Assembly (NCBI GenBank): GCA_964406665.1
Contig: CAYOSQ010000010.1
Coordinates: forward strand, 2,870-66,869
Direction of reading: 5' to 3'
DNA from: an uncultured Planctomycetia bacterium
Lineage (GTDB): Bacteria > Omnitrophota > Gorgyraeia > VGKH01 > JBHPFN01
DNA length: 64,000 nt
Under the pieces are notes generated by a model that was given only the letters and a program-made list of their open reading frames with translations, ran no database searches and was not told the origin of the DNA. Shown here piece after piece: positions 20,186 through 29,610 of the stretch; the first letter of the stretch is position 1, and each line of letters begins with the position of its first letter. The translations under genes were made by a program, and so were the position numbers.

Positions 20186-21307
20186 CTAACACAAATGTGA
20201 CCTAATACTAAATAAAGAACTTAACTCGCTATGACAAGGAAAAAAACACTCCCGACATTTAGCAAGACTACTTCTAATATCCCCGTACTGTTTCGAATAC
20301 CATAATTTCTTCAAAGTACCGTTATCAATATGATCAATTGCTTTACCCATTTCTACATAACCCTGACATGGAAAAATATTGCCATAACAATCAACATAAA
20401 GAGAGCTATAATCGACATAACACTTAATCGGCAATTCTCCCCCCCTAAATTGATGTTTCATTAACTTTAAACCATAAATAGAATTATCTATGAAATCAGA
20501 TTTCTTCTTATGTTCAATTAAAACATCCATAGATCTATCAATCTCTTCTTGCAACTGCAGAGTAATTTTAGGCATGTTATTATTAAGCTCAACATTGTCT
20601 TTTATGGCCATAGATTCAAACCCAATAAAACTAATATTATCTACCCCTAAATTCCTGGCGGTTTCAATCATTTCTAAAATATATTTATGATTTTCAGAAG
20701 TAATACACATTGAGACTATTAATTTGGTATTGTACTTACCTTCGTTTCTCTCCTTAACAATGTTCTGAATTCCTTTAACGGCTTTAGAAAAAGACCCTTC
20801 AACTCCTCGAATTGCATCATGGATTTTTGCATCAGGAGCATCAAGAGAAATTTGAACACTAGAAACACCAGTATCTAGAATCTTCTTTGATCTCTCTGCG
20901 TCAAGAAGCACTCCATTAGTTCCAACACTTGTTAAAATCTTCTTACTTTGTGCGTACACTATTAGCTTTTCTAAATCATGGTACAATAACGGCTCTCCTC
21001 CGGTAAATCCTATGCCGCTTACACCAAGCTCTGCGTATTGATCAATAATAATCTTAAAATCAGCCACATCCATTTCTTTACTAAAAAGCTTAGAATATCG
21101 ATTATTTTTGCTGACATAATCACACATAATACACTGTAAATTACACCTATAAGTAACAATAATTCCACCAAGTATAGGGCCAGATAAAGGACGTCTAATC
21201 TTGGAACCAGCAAAAACGAGAAAGTATTTCTTAATTTGTTTTTTCAACCAATTAAAATCTTTACTAGAGATTTTATTTTTTATTACTCTATAATGCCGTG
21301 TTTTCAT
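20186..21307 (-). CDS. Radical SAM enzyme with C-terminal Cys-rich SPASM/twitch-like domain
   Basis: YRCNLQCIMCDY (CX3CX2C) near the N-terminus. C-terminal cluster of 7 Cys (CYVDYSSLYVDCYGNIFPCQG ... KCRECFFPCH ... C). Confidence 0.65.
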   Translation of the reverse strand: MKTRHYRVIKNKISSKDFNWLKKQIKKYFLVFAGSKIRRPLSGPILGGIIVTYRCNLQCIMCDYVSKNNRYSKLFSKEMDVADFKIIIDQYAELGVSGIGFTGGEPLLYHDLEKLIVYAQSKKILTSVGTNGVLLDAERSKKILDTGVSSVQISLDAPDAKIHDAIRGVEGSFSKAVKGIQNIVKERNEGKYNTKLIVSMCITSENHKYILEMIETARNLGVDNISFIGFESMAIKDNVELNNNMPKITLQLQEEIDRSMDVLIEHKKKSDFIDNSIYGLKLMKHQFRGGELPIKCYVDYSSLYVDCYGNIFPCQGYVEMGKAIDHIDNGTLKKLWYSKQYGDIRSSLAKCRECFFPCHSELSSLFSIRSHLC

Positions 21308-21944
21308 GTGTTAAGTCTATTTTTTGTAAAATCAAACACGCGCTCTTCCAAGAACGCAGTGACTGAACTAATTTAAAACCTACAATATTTTTCAAAGGGT
21401 TTTTCTCCCAAAATAGAGACAACTCTTCTTTTTCTTCGTCTGATCTTAATCTCCATTGCTTTAAAACCTTTACCGGCAAAACAAATGATGTAAAATACAA
21501 AAATTTTCTGAAAAAAGTATTGGAAGGTTCGTGAAAAAAAATAAATCCATTCGGCTTCAAACATCTATTCATTTCTTTTAAAGCCATAGCATATTCTTCC
21601 TCAGAAATTAAATGATGAAATGCATTTATCAGGATAAGTGAATCAAAAGAATTATCGCGAAATGACATCGCTGTCATAGATCCTTTTACAAAAGGAAAAT
21701 CTATAACTTTTTCATAATCTACAATATCTATTCCCCAAACATTCTCATAACCACATTTTTTAATTGCCTTTATCGCAGAACCATCTCCGCAACCAATTTC
21801 CAGCACAGAAGAATCAAATTTAAGCCTATCGCATATTCCTAGCCTACGAAGCCTTTTAGCATACAATAAATCAAGAAATTTTCTATATTTATTGCTACTT
21901 TCCTTAAAAGCATTATCCCAAGATGTTTGATTTTTAATCGGCAT
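21288..21944 (-). CDS. Class I SAM-dependent methyltransferase
   Basis: VLEIGCGDGS motif I and downstream acidic motif II (LILINAFHH). Confidence 0.7.
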   Translation of the reverse strand: MPIKNQTSWDNAFKESSNKYRKFLDLLYAKRLRRLGICDRLKFDSSVLEIGCGDGSAIKAIKKCGYENVWGIDIVDYEKVIDFPFVKGSMTAMSFRDNSFDSLILINAFHHLISEEEYAMALKEMNRCLKPNGFIFFHEPSNTFFRKFLYFTSFVLPVKVLKQWRLRSDEEKEELSLFWEKNPLKNIVGFKLVQSLRSWKSACLILQKIDLTHENTAL

Positions 21945-21992
21945 AATATTCTTTTCTTATCCTAAGCAAACTATTAAATAAAACTAGCGATA

Positions 21993-22967
21993 CTATTTTT
22001 TCTTTTTACTAATCTCCGCATAAATTCGTATTAATTCACGATGCAAATTTCTTATTTGGGAAGAAAGCAAAGAAAACACCATAACAAGCAAACCAACAAT
22101 TAAACAAACAAAAGAGTAGACTGGAAAATAAGGGATATTTAATAAACTAAAACCAATCACCTTAAAGAAAACTATTGTTGCTATTCCGATACATCCAAGA
22201 ATAAAAAACATTAATCCAAGCAAACCAACAAAATGAAGAGGAGATTCTACAAAGCTGAAATAGAGATGTGATAAAATTAATCTTTTTGCTTCAAAATTTT
22301 GCTTACGCTCTCCTTGCTTCCTTCTTTTTTTCCATGAAATAACTCCTGGAATCTCTTTGATTTTTGCACCAATTGCAAGCAAGTTAGAAATTATTTCTAG
22401 ATGAATCTCTTTTCCATCCATCTGAAGAATCATGCTTTCAATTATCTCTTTTTTGTATCCTCTTGTCATTCCGGTTACCATTGTTAATTTAACCGGTAGC
22501 CCAAATGTAAGAATTTTGTTTCCAATTCTAGAAAGAAATCTTCTCTTTAGAGGCACATTAATTAAGCCGTTTTTTTGAATATAAGGAGAAACGATAACGG
22601 CATCTATGTCGTTTGAAACTAATGAATCAAAAATCTTTCTAATGATACCTTCTCCCCAACTCAAATCTGACTCTGTAGTTATTATATATTTGCCCTGGGC
22701 ATGACTAAAACCTTTACGTAACGCAAAGCCTCGACCTCTGTTAGGGCTATATGAAATCACGCATGCATTTGGTTCTTCCATTAATGCTTTTTCAGCCTGT
22801 TCTCTTGTATCATCAATACTTCCATCATCAATAGCAAAAAGTTCCCACGTTACATCCATTTCTTTTAACACCTTCAATACAGATACAAGATCGGCATAAA
22901 TATTTTCAGCTTCATTATACATCGGGAGAATAACGCTTATTTCTGGCTTGTTGTTATCTTTATTCAT
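21993..22967 (-). CDS. GT2 polyprenyl-phosphate glycosyltransferase (DPM1/GtrB-like) with C-terminal TM helices
   Basis: ISVILPMYNEAENI...AIDDGSIDDT, then two C-terminal hydrophobic helices as in GtrB/ArnC-type enzymes. Confidence 0.75.
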   Translation of the reverse strand: MNKDNNKPEISVILPMYNEAENIYADLVSVLKVLKEMDVTWELFAIDDGSIDDTREQAEKALMEEPNACVISYSPNRGRGFALRKGFSHAQGKYIITTESDLSWGEGIIRKIFDSLVSNDIDAVIVSPYIQKNGLINVPLKRRFLSRIGNKILTFGLPVKLTMVTGMTRGYKKEIIESMILQMDGKEIHLEIISNLLAIGAKIKEIPGVISWKKRRKQGERKQNFEAKRLILSHLYFSFVESPLHFVGLLGLMFFILGCIGIATIVFFKVIGFSLLNIPYFPVYSFVCLIVGLLVMVFSLLSSQIRNLHRELIRIYAEISKKKK

Positions 22968-23056
22968 CTTATTTCTCCTTTAATAATTTTGGCGCTACCT
23001 GTTTCTAAATCTGCTTTAGTCCTGCCATCCGATGAGCTTTTTTAAACCTATTCTCA

Positions 23057-24451
23057 TTACTTTTTTTGATACCAGGGTTTACCAAAGATGTTGCGCAAAG
23101 AATCTACAATTATACCTGGATTTTTTAAAACATGCTTAAAGCTGACTACGGGATTCTCTAAAGCTAATCTTAATCGCTGGAAAGCAGAAAACCTAAGCCA
23201 CTTATCTAGAGCTTCCATCCTCTCTTGACTGGTAAAATCCTCGGTGTCAAATAAAACGGATTGAGTAGAATACCATGTTTCATAGTCTCTATTTATCCAA
23301 CGACCGTTTTGCTCAACCCAAATAAATAAATCTGTTCCAGGAAATGGAGTGGCAATTGCTGGAGAAACTAAATTTACTTTATGTTTCTTTACATAGCGCA
23401 TTGTCTCCATGCTTCTATCATAAGTATCTCCTGGCATGCCGATTGTTATAAAAGCATTTACGATAAAACCACATGATCTAGCTAAGGCAATAGCATTAGC
23501 TATACTATCGGGAGTAGTTTTCTTTCTCATGCCGGCTAGAACCTCAGGAACCGCAGACTCCAAACCAAACCACAAACTCTTCACTCCAAGTTGTTTCAAA
23601 AGATCAAAAACTTCCTTATCAATAATATCCATTCTAGTGCCATGATTAAGATTAAGCATAACTTTATCTTTATAGCCATTTTCTATTATCAAACTGCAAA
23701 TTGCTTTAAATCTTTCTTTGCTAATAAGCGGATTATCATCCATAAACCTAATCGTATCAACGCCAAAATCATCAACTAACTCTTTTATAACATCAAAGAC
23801 ATATTCAGGAGAATGGGGCCTCCAACTTCTACCAAATTGCTGTGAACAAAAAACACAATTAAACGGACACCCTCTACTAGACGTAATAGTTCCCTTGACT
23901 ACATATTTATCCATAGGCAATAATGACCAATCTATTTTAGGTATCCGATCTACCTCTTGGATAAACGACCTGGGTTCGTTGATAATCGCTGAACCGTCTT
24001 CTGACCTGAATATTAAACCGTCTAATTTAGCTAAATCGCCCCTACTATTCAATGCTTTTACTAAAGCAAATAGAGTCTCCTCACCTTCTCCGATGACCAC
24101 AAAGTCTAAGCTTAAAGAAAATGCCCCTGCCTTTATCGCAGATGCATGCGGACCACCTAAAACAATATGAATTGAAGAATCAATTTTTCTAATATGCTCT
24201 AACAATAAACGGATATCCCTAGCCATAGTTGTTACACCCGTAACACCTATTAGATCAGGCTTAAAGGAATTTATGAGAATCTCTAAATCGACATCTTCAA
24301 CTGAAAGATCTACAACCTTAACATTGATTTCAGGTAACTTATGCTTAAGATAAGTAGCTACATATCCTAAGCCCAAAGGTGGAGAGAAATTTAATGCCCC
24401 TCCCGCTGGCTGTAGAAATAATACGTTGTTAATTTTTCTTTTCTTTAACAT
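23057..24451 (-). CDS. B12-binding domain radical SAM enzyme, paralog 4
   Basis: SSRGCPFNCVFCSQ. Confidence 0.85.
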   Translation of the reverse strand: MLKKRKINNVLFLQPAGGALNFSPPLGLGYVATYLKHKLPEINVKVVDLSVEDVDLEILINSFKPDLIGVTGVTTMARDIRLLLEHIRKIDSSIHIVLGGPHASAIKAGAFSLSLDFVVIGEGEETLFALVKALNSRGDLAKLDGLIFRSEDGSAIINEPRSFIQEVDRIPKIDWSLLPMDKYVVKGTITSSRGCPFNCVFCSQQFGRSWRPHSPEYVFDVIKELVDDFGVDTIRFMDDNPLISKERFKAICSLIIENGYKDKVMLNLNHGTRMDIIDKEVFDLLKQLGVKSLWFGLESAVPEVLAGMRKKTTPDSIANAIALARSCGFIVNAFITIGMPGDTYDRSMETMRYVKKHKVNLVSPAIATPFPGTDLFIWVEQNGRWINRDYETWYSTQSVLFDTEDFTSQERMEALDKWLRFSAFQRLRLALENPVVSFKHVLKNPGIIVDSLRNIFGKPWYQKK

Positions 24452-24454
24452 ATC

Positions 24455-26050
24455 CTAAGACTCACTAGTAACTTTATTTGCGATATCCGAGCTTAATTCC
24501 TTTTCTGGATTTCTGATAGATACATTTGAGATATCTTTTCGAGTAATCATCTTTATAATCATATTCATGGGAAAGCTTATCAATTTAAACATATACTTCA
24601 AATCTTCAATAGATTTTATTTTTCTAAGAATATTTACGTATGTTTGAAATGAAAATATTTTATATTTGAGAAACTCTTTGTACAAATTGGATAAAATGTG
24701 CTGTAATTCTTCGTTAGAAAAATGTAAAGATTTAAAACCATTACAATAGGTAATGCTAATCTTATACCAATCTTCAGAATGCGGATCTATATAGCTATCT
24801 AAATCTATAAGACCCTGCTCTTTGAATATCTTATATACTTCAGTACCAGGCTGTGGCGTAAGTAAATATACGATTGCAAAATCCATATTTGTACTTTTAA
24901 TGAAATCAATGGTTGCCCGTATTTCTTTCATAGTATCGTGTGGAAAACCGATTATAAACGTTCCGCTGGTCCAAAAACCTATTCTGTTAGCATCAGCTAT
25001 AACCTCTTTAGCCTTGTTTAAATTTATTCTTTTCTTGATTATCTTCTGACATTCCTGATCCCCTGTCTCTAATCCAAAACAAAGCCTGTAAAAACCCGCT
25101 CTTTTCATTTTCTGCAAAATTTCTTTATCTAATGTAGCGATGGCAATACCTGTTGGCGTTGCTACTTTTATATTTAAATTACGCGCAAGTATTTCATCGC
25201 AAATTTCATGCATCCTTTTCTTTGAAACAGAGCTATTATCATCAACAAAATGAAATTCACAACAGCCAAACTTATTCTTAAGAAACTCAATCTCATCAAC
25301 TATATTCTTTGCACTTCTAGCTCTCCATTTTCTCGACCAAACAAGCTTAACTGAACAAAAATAGCAATCGTTAGGACAACCTCTGCTTGTTAGAATATAA
25401 CCAATAGGTCTTCTCATAAGAAACTTATTCTTCTTGTGCTCTTGCCAAATTGTCTCTAATTCTTCTTCAAGCAGATCCCAGGCAGGGAATGGTATCTCAT
25501 CTAAATTCTCAATAAATTCCCTGGCAGATTCTTTTTTTACAACTCCATTTTCTCTATAAGATATACCTTTAACACCCTCAAGCTTTTCCCTATCCTGATA
25601 ACTTCTTAGAAGCTCTACTATAGTCCTCTCGCCCTCTCCAATTACCGCAACATCAACATTAGAATCTTTCATAACTGAATCAGGAAATATAGACGCATGA
25701 GCTCCACCAAATATAACAAAAATATCTTTATTATACTCTTTAACTATCCTAGCAATATTATGGGCATCCTTAAAATATGAAGTAAACATACTAGAAATAC
25801 CAACAACTTCAGGATTAAAAGATTTTATCTCCTCTAGAATTTGTTCATCTGGAATCCCATGCCTTCTAAAATCTGAATCTACTGCAAAATTAGCGAGGGA
25901 AGACTTTAAACAATCTAGAATCTTCACTGTGTGTCCAGCTTTCTGAAGAACCGAGCCAATATAACCTAATCCTACCAAGGCAGATTTTGAAGGCGGGCTT
26001 ACATCTAACCTATGTAAAGTAATCGGAGGATAAATAAGCAATACTCTCAA
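24455..26050 (-). CDS. B12-binding domain radical SAM enzyme, paralog 5
   Basis: TSRGCPNDCYFCSV. Stop to start 3 nt from paralog 4. Confidence 0.85.
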   Translation of the reverse strand: MRVLLIYPPITLHRLDVSPPSKSALVGLGYIGSVLQKAGHTVKILDCLKSSLANFAVDSDFRRHGIPDEQILEEIKSFNPEVVGISSMFTSYFKDAHNIARIVKEYNKDIFVIFGGAHASIFPDSVMKDSNVDVAVIGEGERTIVELLRSYQDREKLEGVKGISYRENGVVKKESAREFIENLDEIPFPAWDLLEEELETIWQEHKKNKFLMRRPIGYILTSRGCPNDCYFCSVKLVWSRKWRARSAKNIVDEIEFLKNKFGCCEFHFVDDNSSVSKKRMHEICDEILARNLNIKVATPTGIAIATLDKEILQKMKRAGFYRLCFGLETGDQECQKIIKKRINLNKAKEVIADANRIGFWTSGTFIIGFPHDTMKEIRATIDFIKSTNMDFAIVYLLTPQPGTEVYKIFKEQGLIDLDSYIDPHSEDWYKISITYCNGFKSLHFSNEELQHILSNLYKEFLKYKIFSFQTYVNILRKIKSIEDLKYMFKLISFPMNMIIKMITRKDISNVSIRNPEKELSSDIANKVTSES

Positions 26051-26119
26051 TTTTTATATCCCTCTTATTAATATATTTAATTTATATACCATAATTACAA
26101 CCACCCCTTTTTAACACTC

Positions 26120-26866
26120 TTATTTCGACAAAACGAACATAGCTATGCCAAAATTATTAGCATCTCTGTCAAATGCAAAAGCCTCATCACAAACCAACCA
26201 ACGCCTTCCATCAAAATATCGATACTCTACTTCCAAAAATTTACCTAGAGACATTAATTCTTTTAAACGCTTTGACCCATAACGAACTTCCCCGTCCAAC
26301 TCACATGTATTTCTACAGATATTAGTAGTAATTATTAAACGGCCTCCCGGTTTAAGTATTCGAAGCATTTGTTCAACTGCAATAGTATCTCCACCTTTAG
26401 GGCTTTTGGGATCACCATATTTGCCCATACCTACATGCTCAATTACAGAAATACAAGATATGCCATCAAAGGAATTTTCTTCGATTTGTAAATCCATTAT
26501 ATTTCCTTGATAGAAAATAATCGATTTAGGGAATGGAGATTTCGGAGACCTTTGGTCTAAACAAAAAGTCTTATAGCCAGTAGAATTAAGCTTATAGGGA
26601 AAAAGGCTTGTAGTAGAACCGATATCGATTACCTTGGCAGGAGGGTTAGGTAATTTTTTTAATACAAATTGCCACTCTACCAATCTTGGATAATTAACTC
26701 CACCAATAAAAGGCAGCATTTTGTATACTCCAACAAGAATATTAAACCTCACAGGATTTAACCTAGGAACATCTAACTTGTTCCACAATCTTCCAAAAGA
26801 ATTTACAATTGTCTGCTTCATGCTCTCTCCAAAACTATTTTTTCCTGCAATCATTTCTTCAAACAA
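26120..26866 (-). CDS. Class I SAM-dependent methyltransferase (tandem paralog A)
   Basis: LPNPPAKVIDIGSTTS...GGRLIITT. Shares motif order with the next gene. Confidence 0.65.
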   Translation of the reverse strand: MFEEMIAGKNSFGESMKQTIVNSFGRLWNKLDVPRLNPVRFNILVGVYKMLPFIGGVNYPRLVEWQFVLKKLPNPPAKVIDIGSTTSLFPYKLNSTGYKTFCLDQRSPKSPFPKSIIFYQGNIMDLQIEENSFDGISCISVIEHVGMGKYGDPKSPKGGDTIAVEQMLRILKPGGRLIITTNICRNTCELDGEVRYGSKRLKELMSLGKFLEVEYRYFDGRRWLVCDEAFAFDRDANNFGIAMFVLSK

Positions 26867-27537
26867 AGCAAAGCCAGACCATATCTAGAAGCGCTTCCCT
26901 TAAAAGTTTCGCCATGTTCGCCACTGCATTCACACCAATCATCATTTTTATTAAGACAATAAAACTTTTGTTCAATAATCTCAAAACCAGAAGAAATAAT
27001 TTTGATTCCAGCTAAATTATATATTCTCTGGTAAGGAGCAAAAACTTCAGCCTTACCAAACGGCACTGTTATTATTGCCCTACCCCCTGGTTTTAATACT
27101 CTTTTTATCTCTTCAACCATCTTGATATCACCTTCAGAATCATCCCCAGAACCATATCTTCCTTTTAATCCTATGTGCTCCAATACTGAAATGCACGTAA
27201 CCACGTCAAAACCTTCTTCTTGAAGGCTATGTTCACAAATATTTTTCTGCAAAAAAGTAAAATTATTGAATTTAACTTTATTAAGAATTTTATAAGGACG
27301 AATATCACATCCAGTAACATCATAACCAAGCGAAGATACTATTAAAGGAAAAAAGCTACCAGCACTACCAACATCCAAAATTTTAGCGGGTAATTTAGGC
27401 AGATTCTTAAAGACGAACGGATACTCCAGATATCTATCTGTAGGCCTTAGCGGCTCACTTGCAAAATACTCCGGAAAAATCTTAGTAAGTACCTTAATTC
27501 CTGTTCCTGCGATAAACTTATATACTTTTTCCTTCAT
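26851..27537 (-). CDS. Class I SAM-dependent methyltransferase (tandem paralog B)
   Basis: LPKLPAKILDVGSAGS...GGRAIITVP. Clearly paralogous to 26120-26866. Confidence 0.65.
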   Translation of the reverse strand: MKEKVYKFIAGTGIKVLTKIFPEYFASEPLRPTDRYLEYPFVFKNLPKLPAKILDVGSAGSFFPLIVSSLGYDVTGCDIRPYKILNKVKFNNFTFLQKNICEHSLQEEGFDVVTCISVLEHIGLKGRYGSGDDSEGDIKMVEEIKRVLKPGGRAIITVPFGKAEVFAPYQRIYNLAGIKIISSGFEIIEQKFYCLNKNDDWCECSGEHGETFKGSASRYGLALLCLKK

Positions 27538-27559
27538 CTTTTATTTTCTCCTAAAACTA

Positions 27560-29593
27560 TTAAATTTTTACAAAAATGATAAAACTATTCCAACTTAAAG
27601 GATATTTTGAAAAACAGCTCATGAGCAGCTTTTGTAAATAGATCTTACAAATAACCAAAACTTTAATAACTCCTTTAAGATTTTTTCTTATATAAGAAAC
27701 GTAAGAACTCCAATTCTCGTTATTAGAATAAATTTCATCTCCGCTTACTAGCGATATACAGCTTGCTCCACTTTTATGAAAAATTGTTCTGTAAAGCTTC
27801 ATACTATGCATTGTTTCATTAATTGTTGTATTTAGATTCATGAACCTGGAAAGAAGCCTGCTTACTATTCTACTTATAACTATCATAGGGTTATCTCCAC
27901 AGGGTTCATTAATTGCGATAATGTTTCTTCTGGCAACTCTCATCAACTCACCGGAACATCTATCAAGACTTGGAAGATGGTGTAAAACTCCATTCAAAAA
28001 TACAAAATCAAAGGAATTAGTTTGAAAAGGTAAAAATTCCAAATCCAGATTTACTTTTGAACACTCTATATCATCTTTAAAATTTTTAAGCTGAGCAAAG
28101 GCAATGTCTCCTAAAAAAGAATTTATTGTTAAGTTCGGATATGATTTGCGCAAGGCGCTTGTAAACATACCATCACTTCCTACTTCTAGAATGTTTACAT
28201 TAACTAAGCTAGACAAATCTAATTGTCGCTCGATAAACTTAATAGCTCTATCAAGCACATCCTCTTGATGCTTTACTTGATGCTCTGCGTCAACATCTAC
28301 CCTTGCAATGCTTTGATTAAGATTGTCATAAAATTCTTTTTCTGCCTCTTTATTCTGCATCCTTTCTTTTCTAAATCGAGATACAGAAACATCTTCTTGA
28401 ATTTTATCAATATGTTTAGCCTCTTCAAATGCAGTATTGAAAATATTTTCAGCCAAACAATAGGGCCTAAATTTCTGGATACCTTCTAGATAAGACTGAA
28501 CTCTTTCTTTGTTTGAGAATAATCTTTCAACAGTATCAACAAAATTATCAACATCATAATTAATCATTTCTCCGGCTCCTAAATCAGATATCAATTTTGC
28601 AACCCAGGGAGCAGAAGTGATGATTATTGGTAAATCTAATAATGCATAAAGTTTAGGCTTTCCTGGATCAGCGTATAAAGAATTATCCGCTTTATCTCCA
28701 GTCCAAGTAGCTAATCCAACCATACAGCGTGAAAGGATATCAAAAACTTCCTCATCATCTTTAACAAAACCATGAAATATAAAATGGTCTTCCATTCCGT
28801 TTTCTTTCACCATCTGTTTTAACTGTGGAGCATAGGGACCATGACCAATAACCCTTACCTTAATTTTGGGAAATTTTTTAATTAGCTTTGGCATAGCAGT
28901 AATTACCATCTGCAATCCCTGATTTTCAGTGAGGGTACCCACAAAACCAAGAGTCCATTCCTCCCTTTCTTCAACATTTAATTTTCTCTGCACATAATCA
29001 GCATAGCCCAAAGGAACAATCTGCTGAGGATAAGAATTTTTCGGGATTCCGGCAAAAATCTCTCTCGCTTGGGCGATTCGCGGAGTTAGCTCCCAAACTA
29101 CATCAACACGTTTAATAAGCCATCTATCTAAAGCCTTATAAATTGGATAAATAAAACTATTAAAACTAAACTTTGGTGGCGGAGGATAATAATCAAGACA
29201 ATAATAGATAACTTTATTTACTTTTTTTATTTTTTTCAACAGTATTGCTAATAAAGATGGAAAAGTAGCAACTCCTACACATAAATCAAACTTTTCTTTC
29301 AATCTTAAACCAGCAAAAAAAGTTGCCCAAACATATAAAGCAAAAGAAATACTCATCAAAGGACGATTCCACCATTTTACACTTTTAATGCTAAAGCTAG
29401 GAAGACAGAATTCCTTAACTTTTTCTCCATTTTCAAATAAAGAACAACGAGATTCACTATGAGTTGCAAATGGACTCATAAGACCAATTACGCCTAATTT
29501 CTTAACTTTCTTTAAGAAATATTCTTCCAGCGTTTCAGTACGGCTAGTTTTTAGCTGCCCGATTACCAGAATTTTTTTATCTTTTACATCCAT
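27560..29593 (-). CDS. Fusion protein: N-terminal GT1 (GT4-like) glycosyltransferase + C-terminal SAM methyltransferase domain
   Basis: GT-B C-domain motifs (GFVGTLTENQG...HGFVKDDEE) in the first ~400 aa. Then NILEVGSDG...FDFVFLNGVLHHLP methyltransferase motifs. Confidence 0.65.
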   Translation of the reverse strand: MDVKDKKILVIGQLKTSRTETLEEYFLKKVKKLGVIGLMSPFATHSESRCSLFENGEKVKEFCLPSFSIKSVKWWNRPLMSISFALYVWATFFAGLRLKEKFDLCVGVATFPSLLAILLKKIKKVNKVIYYCLDYYPPPPKFSFNSFIYPIYKALDRWLIKRVDVVWELTPRIAQAREIFAGIPKNSYPQQIVPLGYADYVQRKLNVEEREEWTLGFVGTLTENQGLQMVITAMPKLIKKFPKIKVRVIGHGPYAPQLKQMVKENGMEDHFIFHGFVKDDEEVFDILSRCMVGLATWTGDKADNSLYADPGKPKLYALLDLPIIITSAPWVAKLISDLGAGEMINYDVDNFVDTVERLFSNKERVQSYLEGIQKFRPYCLAENIFNTAFEEAKHIDKIQEDVSVSRFRKERMQNKEAEKEFYDNLNQSIARVDVDAEHQVKHQEDVLDRAIKFIERQLDLSSLVNVNILEVGSDGMFTSALRKSYPNLTINSFLGDIAFAQLKNFKDDIECSKVNLDLEFLPFQTNSFDFVFLNGVLHHLPSLDRCSGELMRVARRNIIAINEPCGDNPMIVISRIVSRLLSRFMNLNTTINETMHSMKLYRTIFHKSGASCISLVSGDEIYSNNENWSSYVSYIRKNLKGVIKVLVICKIYLQKLLMSCFSKYPLSWNSFIIFVKI

Positions 29594-29610
29594 AATTACT
29601 TATCGCTTTA

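Noticed and set aside
20186-26050. Idea that the locus is a proteusin/polytheonamide-type RiPP cluster (multiple B12-rSAM C-methyltransferases + SPASM enzyme)
   Set aside because: No precursor peptide of 60 aa or longer, no nitrile-hydratase-like leader ORF and no protease or transporter is visible. The 9 GTs, flippase and nucleotide-sugar enzymes argue for a carbohydrate substrate. The idea is kept only as a minor alternative under the SPASM finding.
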